A stretch of DNA of 64,000 nt. It comes from Anthoceros angustus. Taxonomy: Eukaryota; Plantae; Anthocerotophyta. The number at the start of each line of letters is the position of its first letter. The first letter of the stretch is position 1. Location of the stretch: the NCBI GenBank assembly GCA_010909165.1, contig MU008158.1:1575478-1639477 (forward strand), written 5' to 3'. A model generated the notes under the pieces. That model did no database searches. It saw nothing but the letters and a program-made list of their open reading frames with translations, and was not told the DNA's origin. Of this stretch, positions 37,914 to 50,100 are shown piece by piece. The position numbers and the translations under genes are program-made.

Positions 37914-40218
37914 ATGGCAACAGCGTCTGGAGGACCGCCCCCGGAGCCGCCCGATTCGCCAGGGGTCACAAGAGCATCCAGCGGAGAGCACCGTACAACA
38001 AACTCCATCATCAAAAGGTCCAGAGACGACGATGGCTCAACAGGGGAGAAGAAGTGGGCAGGCTGGCCTGGTGATAATGTCTTTCGCTTGATCGTCCCTG
38101 TCTCCAAGGTTGGGAGCATAATTGGTCGCAAAGGGGAATTCGTTAAGAAGATGTGCGAGGAGACCCGAGCTCGGATTAAAATTTTGGAAGGTGTTCCTGG
38201 GACACCAGAGCGTATTGTGAGTTTGCCCTCCTGTTGTCAATTCTGCTGGTGGACTTCGTTATTGTGCCTGATAGTCTGTCTTTGGTGAGTTAGCCTTTGC
38301 ATCCGACCCACCGCTAAACCTCATCCATTCCACAACATCCGACTCCCATCTCGCCGGATCTCTAGCTCGCAACAGAACCAGACCACTCCACGCCCCTCCC
38401 CCCTCCCCCCTCTTGCTCCTGGAATTGTTGTCATATTCTGGTTTGAATACCAAGTGCTCAGAAACTGTGATCGGCAGGCAACGCATGGCCTCATTCTGGA
38501 TTGCTCGAACTTATCAGGTAATGGTGTCTGCTCGAGAAGATCCAGATGCAGCCTCGTCTCCAGCCATGGATGGACTTATGCGAGTTCATCGTCGTGTTAT
38601 TGAGGGCTCTGATCCTGATGGGGACGACGGACCTTTTGAGCGGGGTGGTGGGGCGACTGTTGCATCTCGGTTGTTGGTTGCAGCCACACAGGCCGGGAGT
38701 CTCATTGGGAGACAAGGTGCAACCATTAAGTCCATCCAGGAAAGTTCTGGTGCAAGTGTACGGGTTTTGCCTCCTGGTTCGTTCTCGCACTTGGACTTCA
38801 CTATGGTGCTTTTTATGAATGTTGTCATGGACGGGGATGGGAAGGGAACCACAGATAGGCATGGTGGAGCAGCATGTGGGTTGAGCTTTCATTTAATCAT
38901 CACATTCTTTTGACACAGTTTTTTCAATGTCGTGTAGAGGAGCTGCCTCTGTGTGCATTATCAGATGATAAGGTGGTAGAGATACAGGGAGAGGCCCGCA
39001 AGGTTCACAGGGCAGTGGAGCTTATTGTCTCACATCTTCGGAAGTTTCTTGTTGACCGCAGCGTACTCACATTGTTTGAATACAACGTAAGTTGTTGGAA
39101 GGTATTCTGAGTCGTCAGTGCTGGGGAGGAGCGAGCGTGGGTGGGTGGGAGGGGTTCTTTTTAGGTTCAGGATTAAATGAGGTCAGCCATTAGCTGACCC
39201 ACCGCTTCACTAATCAGATGGTTTGGAATTGTTCAGCGGGCTGTTGCAAATCAACCTCAGAGTCAGAGTGCACACGGTTCATGGGCACATTCTCCTGGAC
39301 ATGGTATAGGCTCGGGTGGAGGAAGTGGACTTGGCAGCTCTTCACACTATGGGTCTTCTTCTCTCCAGCATGAATCATTTTATCAATCAGCTGATCTGGT
39401 TCATGAATCATCCAATTATCATCATGGGGTTACTATGTATGGCAGAGATCCTAGTATTGGAGGACATTTGACGACTTCTGTTGCTCCACCACCGCCAGCT
39501 CCTGTACTTACGCAGGTTTGCTCTCACTCGTTTTTTTTCATGTTCGTGCGCTTTTTACAAGCTCCCGGGGCACAAGAAGTCAATCTGGTGCTTCAGTTAC
39601 GTATTGGCCCTTGCTTGTGGTAGACATACAAGCCGATACCTGAGCCTCTTACTCTCCAGCCGCGGGACTTCCAGATAACACAGCAGATGCAGATTCCGCT
39701 GTCATTCGCTGATGCCATCATAGGAACTGCTGGAGCTAATATTGGTTACGTGAGGCGCACTAGCGGAGCGACTATCACCATCCAGGAAACTAGGGGCATG
39801 CCAGGGGAGATGACAGTGGAGATACTTGGTGGAGCTACCCAAGTGCAAACTGCCCAGCAGTTGCTTCAGGTATGTGTTCTGAAGCACGTGAGCTTGGAGT
39901 ATGATGCCTGTGTAATTGATCTTGCATTGGGCGGAAATTTCGTTTGTTATACACGGGTAATTCTATGAATGGCATCGATTTTGAGAGAAAGCAAGGCTCT
40001 GCATATCAGGTTAAGAGGTCTGCATCCGCTGAGGAGACGGGTCTTGTTTTGTGCAGAACTTCATGTCAGGTGCTTCAGGCCCCCCTCCTTCATTCACCTC
40101 AGTTGATTCTGGTTTCACCTCGTTTACTCCTCAAAATTCCGTATATTCGACCTCGAATGCCAGTGGAGGGCATTCAGGTGGAGCTTATGGAGCATTCAGC
40201 AACAGTTTTGCGTACTAG
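37914..40218 (+). CDS. Three-KH-domain RNA-binding protein, FLK/PEPPER-like; exons approx. 37914-38216, 38518-38776, 38938-39086, ~39236-39515, 39675-39869, 40057-40218
   Basis: [58 protein letters not shown] and [32 protein letters not shown] introns. Confidence 0.92.
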
Positions 40219-40736
40219 GTCAAGCTGATTTGCTGTCATGTGCAGAATAGAAGTGTTCTGCTTTGTAAACTGTGCAGTTCCCCTTATTTATGGGAAGTTT
40301 TGACAGGCGTCCGTGGGGTCCGTGCAAGAGATACACGGATGCGAGCGGAATTTTAGGATCATGGATCGCAGCGGGATAATTTTCTCGGTTAAAGAACCGG
40401 TTTCTAATATGTTACCAGTTTGTAATGTTGCAGGGTTCACCCCAATTGTTTCGGGATCTTTATCTTCACACATGGCACAACTTTCAATCAATCATGAACC
40501 TGAAAGAACAGAGCACACCCCAATCGTGGCTCGCGAGGATAGGGAGCTTTATAACTTGAGTCATGATACAAATTTCTCAAGAGGATGGGAACGGGCCTTG
40601 GCGGACGGACGCTCTGGAAATGGGTTTTTTGACTCGGGAGCACGGAGATTGTAGGTGCCATGAAGGAGGTGGACGGAGAATGGATGGTCGTCGAGTACAT
40701 TTTGTCTCCGCATTCGAAGACTCAACCTTGGAACAC

Positions 40737-40800
40737 GCACATCGAGACCACCAAAGACAGATGTACATCGAGACCACCATAGACAGATGCACATCGAGAC
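40737..40800. repeat. 26 bp tandem repeat, ~2.5 copies
   Basis: G(C/T)ACATCGAGACCACCA(A/T)AGACAGAT repeated. Confidence 0.8.
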
Positions 40801-42444
40801 TGAAGCCATCCGTGTGACCACCAATGCCTTTTGTGTAAAGCTATTTGTGGGAGGAGGCTGGGAGTTTCGGAAGACTATTGTACACGGCAAATGGGAGGAT
40901 ATCATTCATCACTAAGTTTACATGGCGTTTTGGTTCTCAAGATATGAATGCAATGTGATGAGTGAACGATTTCTTTGGGCTTAGCAATTGATGTAAGGAC
41001 TTTAAAGTTTGTGGGCTTAGGGGCTGTGGGCTTCCTGTCTAGAATGGACTATTTAGTGATGTATCTCTCCTAAGTTGGCTATGGTGTAATAAGGGGATTG
41101 CGATATAGGGTCATCCATTAATGTCTTCACGTGATATGCCCATAGGCATGGACATGCTTGGTGACCACTAATGTCTTCTTGTGGTGTGGCCCATAGGCAT
41201 GGGCCATATCAGCTGGTAGACACGCCAGGTACCAGCTATTCCGTAAAGTTCATTGTACATAGCTACCTGCCTAATTTTGGATTCGATTCAATTCGAAAGT
41301 GGTGATCTCACGCTAATAACTCCCCAACTGGAGTCTAGCGTGCCCTAACTCTGGGACGACATCATTTAACCATGCCCGTTTGCCTTATCTTAAACCCGTT
41401 TACTGATCTATCGTTCTTTCCAACTGCCGTTTCCCTGAGCCAGCAAATCCGTCCCGCTCCATGCCATTCCATGGTAATCACTGTGTGATGACAAGGGTCA
41501 AGCGCTAAGTGGATTGAACTTGGCCTGGTCCTTCCAAGGTCCAGCGTCTCTCGTGGGAGCTTGTGTCGCATTGGCAGGCACCTGTGCCTGGTACGGGCCT
41601 ATTGGAAAAGGGCAGAGCATGCAGTGGCGGGGTGGATGAGAGGGGGTGGTGGGGAAGGGTTACCTCACTCACAGGCGGTTCGATGTTCGATGTTACCATG
41701 ATGTCCCGGTGGCAAGCTGCGAGTCCTCGTATGAGCAGGCTGGTCTGCTGAGTAACTGAGCTGGTGATGCTCTGAGAGGAGCTTGCCCTGAACTGCAGCT
41801 CACTCATAGCTTGATGCTGACCTTGTTGAAGCTTGCACATAGGAGTGTTGCTGGTGATTTTCCGGAGGTCTGGACTCTGCTATTTCTGCCAGTTGGTAGA
41901 TGAACTTAACTGGACCTCTCGTACATTATGCAGACTAGGGACGGGATGCTGGCAGGCAGATTACCTCCACTCTGGTTTTCCTCATCAAATGCGCAGCTTA
42001 TCGGAGAGGGAAGTCAGCTGGCTAGTGGCAGTTCCGCCGTTGCCATCGTTGCAGAATCCAGTGGTACATGCCGAGGCCGGGGGATGGCGTGGCGTGTGTA
42101 TGGAAATGTGTCAGCAACTGGCCTGAGTGGGAATGCTGCCTGTGATGTTGTGGCTGGCTAGTTGCACATGTGAATGGATGCCCGGCCTGCCCAGGAGAAA
42201 CAGAAAGAAGGGCCTAGACCTCCTTGTAGGAACACTATTGCCAGTGTCGTCAACCCCTTTTGGACATGGCCAAAGTGAAAGTTAGCCTTTGTGAGAAACT
42301 TTCCAATTGAGTGTGGAGAACCCTCGTGCAGCTGAGTGAAGAGCATTGACGTGGGAAGTGCTACAGAGCCTTATTGGGCATTGTGTCCACTGTCACGGAG
42401 TGAAAACGAGCCATTCAGCAGAGCAAACCTGAATGACATAATAA

Positions 42445-42640
42445 AAAAAGGGAACACCATCTGGTCAGTGTAATGTTTTGGAGCACCTCTGGCGTTGTAC
42501 TTCTGCCAGTCAATCCGCACGGTGTTGGTTTTCTCATCAATGTGGATAGTTTTGGAAGGTCTTGCTGACGGTCTTAGCCTCAGAAACACTTTGATCCGGC
42601 AATTCGGCACCGTAAGGTTCGACATCTTGAGGAACGGCAT
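42445..42640 (-). pseudogene. Kinesin motor N-terminal fragment, kinesin-9 (KIF9/KLP1)-like
   Basis: RIKVFLRLRP...NTVRIDWQKYNARGAPKHYTDQMVFPF matches the start of a kinesin motor domain. No P-loop (GxxGxGKT) exon is visible downstream. Confidence 0.65.
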
Positions 42641-42919
42641 TTTGAATCTTTAGAGCGATTCCTTGGAGTAGCTCTGCTGGAATCAACCCCTACAAACAAT
42701 GCTGTCGAAGAAATAAGTGATGCGAGGTAGGTATGTACCAGTCTGTAAACTTTCACTGCCAAGCTACCGCTACATAATATGAAATGATCGCGCCACTATT
42801 GGGGCCACTAATGAGACACATTAACCCGTATTTGCAGTGGAGCGATAAAAGCTCTCTTTATCTACTCTCGTCCTTTGGGGCACGACTTGAGCGACGCCTG
42901 AGCATCTGAGCCCCGAGCC

Positions 42920-43705
42920 ATGGCGGCGTGCGTATCGGGAACATGGACCGCCCGAGGAGCAGCGCCCGTTGCCTCGCCGTGCCCTTTGGAAGTCGGTGCC
43001 AGCATGTCGCCAGCCGTTGCTTCAGCCAGGCCATGCCGTCCGGGCGCAGCGTCACCGCCTCTCTCCTGCGCAACATCCAGCTCCGTCTTGCGCTTGCGAT
43101 CCGCTCTGCTCGGATCCCGGGAGGCCCTTTCCCGCCCTTCCTATAGGCCGGGAGCGAGGCAAACCTCCGCGCCGGCTGTTAGGGCGGCCAAGCTCACGGG
43201 AGAAGACCCCGAGTGGTCGGACGACGACTACATTGTGCTAGGCGTGGCGCATTGCTTTGTCAAGGATGAGGGGGGCAAGCTCAAGGACAAGTTCGTGGTG
43301 GAGGCCATCCCGGCCGGAGGTCTGGAGTGTATGGACAACGGCGGTGCCACTTGCTACAAGCACGCCACGGCCACCACCCTAGGAGTGGCTCTGAAGCAGG
43401 ATGTGAGCCTCCTTCCCAAGGAGTTTGCCGGCACTCAGTTCTGCGACGATTTCGACTTCCGAACCAAATGCGCATCTCGCACGTGGAAGCGGGAGCACCC
43501 GCAGGCGCACTTGCTCAACCTGGTGCCGAAGAATGGTGTGCGCTCAGACTTCAACTTCTCCCTCGCCGACAAGCGGGTGCTCAACATGGAGAACGTTGTG
43601 AATGACAGCGACAACATCAAGCAGGATATGAGCATCGACGTCTACGGCAGAACACAGGAAGGAGAGGAAATGCAAGAGGAGATCGCCAAGTTGTACAGCG
43701 TTTGA
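42920..43705 (+). CDS. Intronless plastid-targeted protein (261 aa) with a domain like a conserved cyanobacterial hypothetical protein
   Basis: About 90 aa of S/A/R-rich transit peptide, then DDYIVLGVAHCFVK..VVEAIP..ASRTWKR..DFNFS..KRVLN.E..V..DNIKQ. High GC3 and an intact ORF. Confidence 0.85.
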   Translation: MAACVSGTWTARGAAPVASPCPLEVGASMSPAVASARPCRPGAASPPLSCATSSSVLRLRSALLGSREALSRPSYRPGARQTSAPAVRAAKLTGEDPEWSDDDYIVLGVAHCFVKDEGGKLKDKFVVEAIPAGGLECMDNGGATCYKHATATTLGVALKQDVSLLPKEFAGTQFCDDFDFRTKCASRTWKREHPQAHLLNLVPKNGVRSDFNFSLADKRVLNMENVVNDSDNIKQDMSIDVYGRTQEGEEMQEEIAKLYSV

Positions 43706-45526
43706 GATCATCCACAGGCTTTCACGGATTTCTAACCAATTTTGAAGTTGTGTCTGCAACTCATTGTGTTAGCTTTGTAAGTTTATCTAGCTAGAGCTTC
43801 TGAGGTTTCACTACATCTCTAGGAATGGTCGGCTGACTGCTGTAGAAAAGTGTTTCGTCATTCTTGTGGCTTGAGACTGAGGGGCCTTTTCTCTGTACTT
43901 CCAAGACATTCTCACCCCTTTGCCACTTAGCCGAGGCGCCTCAGCTAGCGCTTTGGATATTTCGATTCTTTCGGATAACATTTGCCTGATCTTTCCGCTC
44001 CGTATCCGTCACCGTCGTTTGGAGGCACATGGCCGGAAATCCTGCTGGCTTGTGTCTGCTTGACACTTGTTATGTCGTCGAAATATCTTGACAAATGTAT
44101 CTGTGAAGATAAGCCACTATGTATCTCGCATCCTGGCATTATCCAAACCCAAGCAGCTTGAGTTCACCTACCTGGGTGGTAACATTTGGTACTGGTAGGT
44201 GTGTAGAGAAATTTGAAGTTGAGATTTTTGAGTTTGCATTTTCGGCTAGAAATGTGGGACACCTGGTGCCGTGCCGAACGTAAACTTCGGCTACCTTCCC
44301 CACGAGCCGATTATTACGACCTAGGTGCTTTGATCTTGTTGAAGGCTTCTCTGACAACGTTTTTCTCGAGTAGGTGTCTGATTTATGGTTACAATGTTGT
44401 GGAACATCCTTCACGGACCAGGAGGAACAGTTCACCTTGGACTCCTCAGAGTGCGCATGCGCTGCCACGGCCACAGCATACCCGCGATTCACCTTGTCGT
44501 GAAACAAATCCTCCACCAAACCGCGTTCTTTTCATGTCTTTTCCGGATCTTCCTGAAGTAGCAAACCTCTCGTGTTCCTTGCGAAGCCGGTTCGGCAGAA
44601 CCATGAAGTAACCCATTCCGTAAACAAATGGTCGGCGTCTTTAACCCTTTGTCCACTGACGCCGTTTTGCGGCAAGGATCTCACCATACACTCCACTGGT
44701 TGGCCATAAATTGGACTGAAGCTGCAGCTGGACTGGTGAAAACGCTGCCAAAGCTCGTATCATGCATCAACCGCACAACAAATCCCCACACTAGCGGTTT
44801 GTCGCCACTTTGCAGTCAAATCCCAAACCCAGCCTTGATTCCCGAGGTCGACCATCACACAGTGCTAAAACCATCTTACCTGGACACCAGTTCAGGAACA
44901 AGGCCAGCATCAAGCAGCTTCGAGTTCTGCAGTCCTCGCTGCCAGGTGGTCCGCGCTGTGAGTACAGGTTCAGAATCTCCAAATTAGGGCACGCAACGCA
45001 CGTTCTTCTAACCACGGAGGTTCACCGCTGAGGTAACTGTGGTTCACGGTAGCAGGAACAAATGCCTTCCGGAACTGCCTACAGGTCAGTCCGGAGCTCC
45101 GGTGATCTCTCCACCGGCGGCTGACAACGGCCTGCCGGCAGGTGCCCATGTTTCAAGCTGAGGTTGAACTGGAATAGATTGACAGTCATTCCTTTGCGGA
45201 GTTGTTTGGATCAGGGTACATTTATGTCCGCTTGGCGAATGGATCGGTTGCTTTAGTGGGTATCATCAGGTCACTCCACAATCAGGGAAAATGACATCTG
45301 GTTCCGGAGACACCGAAATCCTTCATCTCAGATCTTTCTTGTTGTGAGATGTCGTAGCGGCCAGTAGTGCCAGCAGATTGAGGATCAAAATTAGCTATAT
45401 GGAAGCTCGCGCCTGCAGTCAACTGCGAGCCTGCTGTGATACCCGCTGGTGAGTGTGGTCGGATCTGTTCGAACGGAACTCAGTTGGAGCTTTGACCACC
45501 CGCGTTCGAGCTATCTGCAATGAACT

Positions 45527-46955
45527 ATGGATTCCACCGACATTCAGAGTTTCGTCAGCGATATTGTAGATTTTTTGATCGAGAGAAATTATCTCCTCAC
45601 TGCTTTCGAACTGCTTCATGAGCTGCTGGAAGATGGTCAAGATGCTATCGCTTCTAAGCTCAAGCGCTTTTTTAGTGATCCAGAAAGATTCCCTCCTGAT
45701 CAGTTGCTTGAGATGCAGAGCTTACCAGGTAACTCGTTGATGCAATCACACCTTCTGATACCGGATTACGTAACTTATTTCCTTAGCTATGGGTGGAGTT
45801 TAAGTTGGATACGGTTGGCATGTGGACAGCTCTGGACACACAGATGCTGTATGATGCGAAGGAGGCAGCCCTGGAGCGGGCTGCTGTATCTGACTATGAA
45901 CTGCGCCTTGCACGAGAAGATCTTAGAAGCCTACAGGATAAATTGGAGAAGCAGGCAGAAACATTGTCGATCTGCTCAACTCCCAGTGAGCTCGTCTCTT
46001 GCAATGTTTTCAGTATTATTGTCTTGAATTTTGTTGAAAAGTCTGAACTTCCACCTGCATGGCCCAAAGTCTAGTAACTGGGTAGCTGTGATGATTAGGT
46101 TTAGTCTTACCGTCTTCTATCCTGGTTTGCAGAATCTGCGTCTGCAACTATAGCAGAAGCTGTGAACAACACAAACAGCCTGATTCTGCCAGGTCCACTT
46201 TTGGACAACGAAAGGAGGGATCTGAATTGCGCAGTTATGAGTATCTTGTAACCTGTGGTTACAAGGTCACAGCAATGACATTTCTGGAAGAGGTACTAGC
46301 CTGTTGCAACAATTGTAAGCAGATTTGCTTGCTCCCAGCAACTTTTAAAACTGTGTGTGGCTATGAACAGGTTGAAGATCAAGATCTTGATGCATGGCAG
46401 AATCAGGTTGCGCATGTGCCTGATGCACTCCGATATTGCAGTTCCTAAGTACTAGCACTGATCAGATTGAGGTATACTGTCACTGTTTTCAGTCTCATGT
46501 GCCCCTAGTCTGGCTTGAACTGTTATGCATTTGCTCATCAGCGTTCGACATGGAGTTCATTTTCTGTTCTAGAGAGGCGCTGTCTTGGAAGCATGTTCTG
46601 TAACGCACCCACTGCTGTGTAACTTCCGATGTTGGGCTCTGCAGAAAATGGGATTACTGCAGGAGCAAAACTCACTTTTGTCTTCAGGAAAGGAGGTTTT
46701 AGAGAAGCAGATGTCCTCTTTGAGTAAGCAGCTGGAAGCTTCAAAGAAAGAGGCGAAGGGAAAGAGCAGCAGGCGAAGGAGAAAGATCAGCAGGCAAGGA
46801 ACTGAGTTGTGTCAGTGTGTCGTTACAAGTTGTAATGCAGTGACTCATCAGGTGTCTTTCTTACGCAGATACTGCACCTAACGGACTCTTTAGAACGTGC
46901 TATTCATGAAGTAAATGATCTCAGACTGGAAGTTACATCACTGAAGCTTGATCTT
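45527..46955 (+). CDS. RELCH homolog, 5' partial duplicate (first ~7 exons)
   Basis: IVDFLIERNYLLTAFELLHELLEDG..LKRFFSDPERFPPDQ (LisH). Breaks at 46955, where the upstream sequence restarts. Confidence 0.85.
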
Positions 46956-47177
46956 GGTTCCGGAACACCAAACCTTCATCTCAGATCTTTCTTTGTTCAG
47001 AGATGTCAGCGGCCAGTAGACAGCAGATTGAGGATCAAAATTCACCTATATGGAAGCTCGCGCCTGCAGTCAACTGCGAGCCTGCTGTGATACCGCGCTG
47101 GTGAGTGGTCGGATCTGTTCGAACTGAAGACTCAGTTGGAGTTTTGACCACCGCGTTCGAGCTATCTGCAATGAACT

Positions 47178-50100
47178 ATGGATTCCACTCGACACAAGTT
47201 TTCAGCGATATTGTCCAGACTTTTTGATCGAGAGAAATTATCTCCTCACTGCTTTCGAACTGCTTCATGAGCTGCTGGAAGATGGTCAAGATGCTATCGC
47301 TTCTAAGCTCAAGCGCTTTTTAGTGATCCAGAAAGATTCCTCCTGATCAGTTGCTTGAGATGCAGAGCTTACCAGGTAACTCGTTGATGCAATCACACCT
47401 TCTGATACCGGATTACGTAACTTATTTCCTTAGCTATGGGTGGAGTTTAAGTTGGATACGGTTGGCATGTGGACAGCTCTGGACACACAGATGCTGTATG
47501 ATGCGAAGGAGGCAGCCTGGAGCGGGCTGCTGTATCTGACTATGAACTGCGCCTTGCACGAGAAGATCTTGAAGCCTACAGGATAAATTGAGAAGCAGGC
47601 AGAAACATTGTCGATCTGCTCAACTCCCAGTGAGCTCGTCTCTTGCAATGTTTTCAGTATTATTGTCTTGAATTTTGTTGAAAAGTCTGAACTTCCACCT
47701 GCATGGCCCAAAGTCTAGTAACTGGGTAGCTGTGATGATTAGGTTTAGTCTTACCGTCTTCTATCCTGGTTTGCAGAATCTGCGTCTGCAACTATAGCAG
47801 AAGCTGTGAACAACACAAACAGCCTGATTCTGCCAGGTCCACTTTTGGACAACGAAAGGAGGGATCTGAATTGCGCAGTTAAGGAGTATCTTGTAACCTG
47901 TGGTTACAAGGTCACAGCAATGACATTTCTGGAAGAGGTACTAGCCTGTTGCAACAATTGTAAGCAGATTTGCTTGCTCCCAGCAACTTTTAAAACTGTG
48001 TGTGGCTATGAACAGGTTGAAGATCAAGATCTTGATGCATGGCAGAATCAGGTTGCGCATGTGCCTGATGCACTCCGAAGATATTACTTGCAGTTCCTAA
48101 GTACTAGCACTGATCAGATTGAGGTATACTGTCACTGTTTTCAGTCTCATGTGCCCCTAGTCTGGCTTGAACTGTTATGCATTTGCTCATCAGCGTTCCG
48201 ACATGGAGTTCATTTTCTGTTCTAGAGAGGCGCTGTCTTGGAAGCATGTTCTGTAACGCACCCACTGCTGTGTAACTTCCGATGTTGGGCTCTGCAGAAA
48301 ATGGGATTACTGCAGGAGCAAAACTCACTTTTGTCTTCGGGAAAGGAGGTTTTAGAGAAGCAGATGTCCTCTTTGAGTAAGCAGCTGGAAGCTTCAAAGA
48401 AAGAGGCGAAAGGGAAAGAGCAGCAGGCGAAGGAGAAAGATCAGCAGGCAAGGAACTGAGTTGTGTCAGTGTGTCGTTACAAGTTGTAATGCAGTGACTC
48501 ATCAGGTGTCTTTCTTACGCAGATACTGCACCTAACGGACTCTTTAGAACGTGCTATTCATGAAGTAAATGATCTCAGACTGGAAGTTACATCACTGAAG
48601 CTTGATCTTGAAAGGTCAAGATCAAGTCAAGCAAATGCGAGCCATCTTATTCCTACGCAAATGGAAGCTGAGGATGATGTCTCTCAGGCCAAAAAAGCTG
48701 CGCCAAGACAAGAAGTGTCTACTGAAGTAAGACAAGTTATCACTGCCCTTGACACACTTTCTGGCAGTCCTATTCGGGAAATAGCGGAGCCAACATGTCA
48801 GCAATGCACTGAGAAGCAAGCTGTGGTAAGCTCTCTTTGTTGACACTGGTACCATCATTGAGCGCATCGTGGTGCTTATGATTATCACTCAAGTTGGCAT
48901 CTGATTCCTGTAGGAATTGGAGACGGTACAGATTCTTGCTGAAGCTTTACCCAAGATAGTGCCCTATGTGCTGATCAACCATCGTGAGGTAATAGGAGGG
49001 TTCTGTCATTTGGGTATGTGGCAAGGTCTATGGATGTAGTACTCAGCTCTTGTCTTGACACCTGACGGTTTGGCTGCAGGAGCTCCTTCCCCTTATGATG
49101 TGTGCTATTGAACGCCATCCTGACAGCTTAGTCCGTGACTCTCTTACTCACCACCTCTTCAATTTAATCAAGCGTCCGGATGAGCTGCAGAGGAGGATCA
49201 TTATGGATGTAAGACTCTTCTTGTTTGGGATGGTTTTCATTAGGGTTCAGTCTGCTTGAGAAATCAAGATAGGATGTCTGATTTTGTTGCATAGAAAAGT
49301 CCTCATCTGCTGTTGAAATAATGCAAAACGTGTCCTTCGTTTGGCAGGCTTGTGTTTCTTTGTCCCAGAGTCTTGGTGAGATGCGAACTGAAACAGAGTT
49401 ACTTCCTCAATGCTGGGAGCAGGTAATTGGTTGTTTACACCTGGAGAGTACGTATATTGGAATCTGGAGTATGTTGGCAGCCTGGACTATTCTTGAATAG
49501 ACCTCCCATGTGCCTGTGTGGCTACTTGCCGAAGTGTTTGACGCATCTCTCTTGTCATGGTTAGATAAATCACAAGAATGAAGAACGGAGACTGCTTGTG
49601 GCACAATCCTGTGGGGAGCTTGGACAGTTTGTCAGGCCAGAGATGCGCACGTCATTAATTCTGTCCATTGTACATCAACTTGTCGAGGATTCAGCTCCAA
49701 TTGTCCGGGAAGCGGCAGCGCACAATTTGGCTCTTCTACTTCCACTTTTCTCCAACATGGAGAAGTATTTCAAGGTCAGCACTGCTAAGATCTGCTGGGG
49801 AGCAAACATGGCGCAGGATATCTGACTCCAAAGATGGTTACAAAGTAAGCACCTAGTGCAATCTAGAGTAGATTGTTAGGATTCTGGGTCCCCCTAAGCT
49901 CAGGTTTTGTAATCTAGCTAGGTCACTGCATATCTCATGCGAGTCTCTGTGGCTTGCAGGTGGAAGAGCTCTTATTTCAGCTGGTCTCTGATCCATCAGC
50001 GATTGTTGTGGAGACTACCCTAAAGAAACTTCTTCCTGCTGTATTAACATGGATGGAGTCCGGAAGAAAGCCCCTGCTGCCCCTACTCCGATCACTTATT

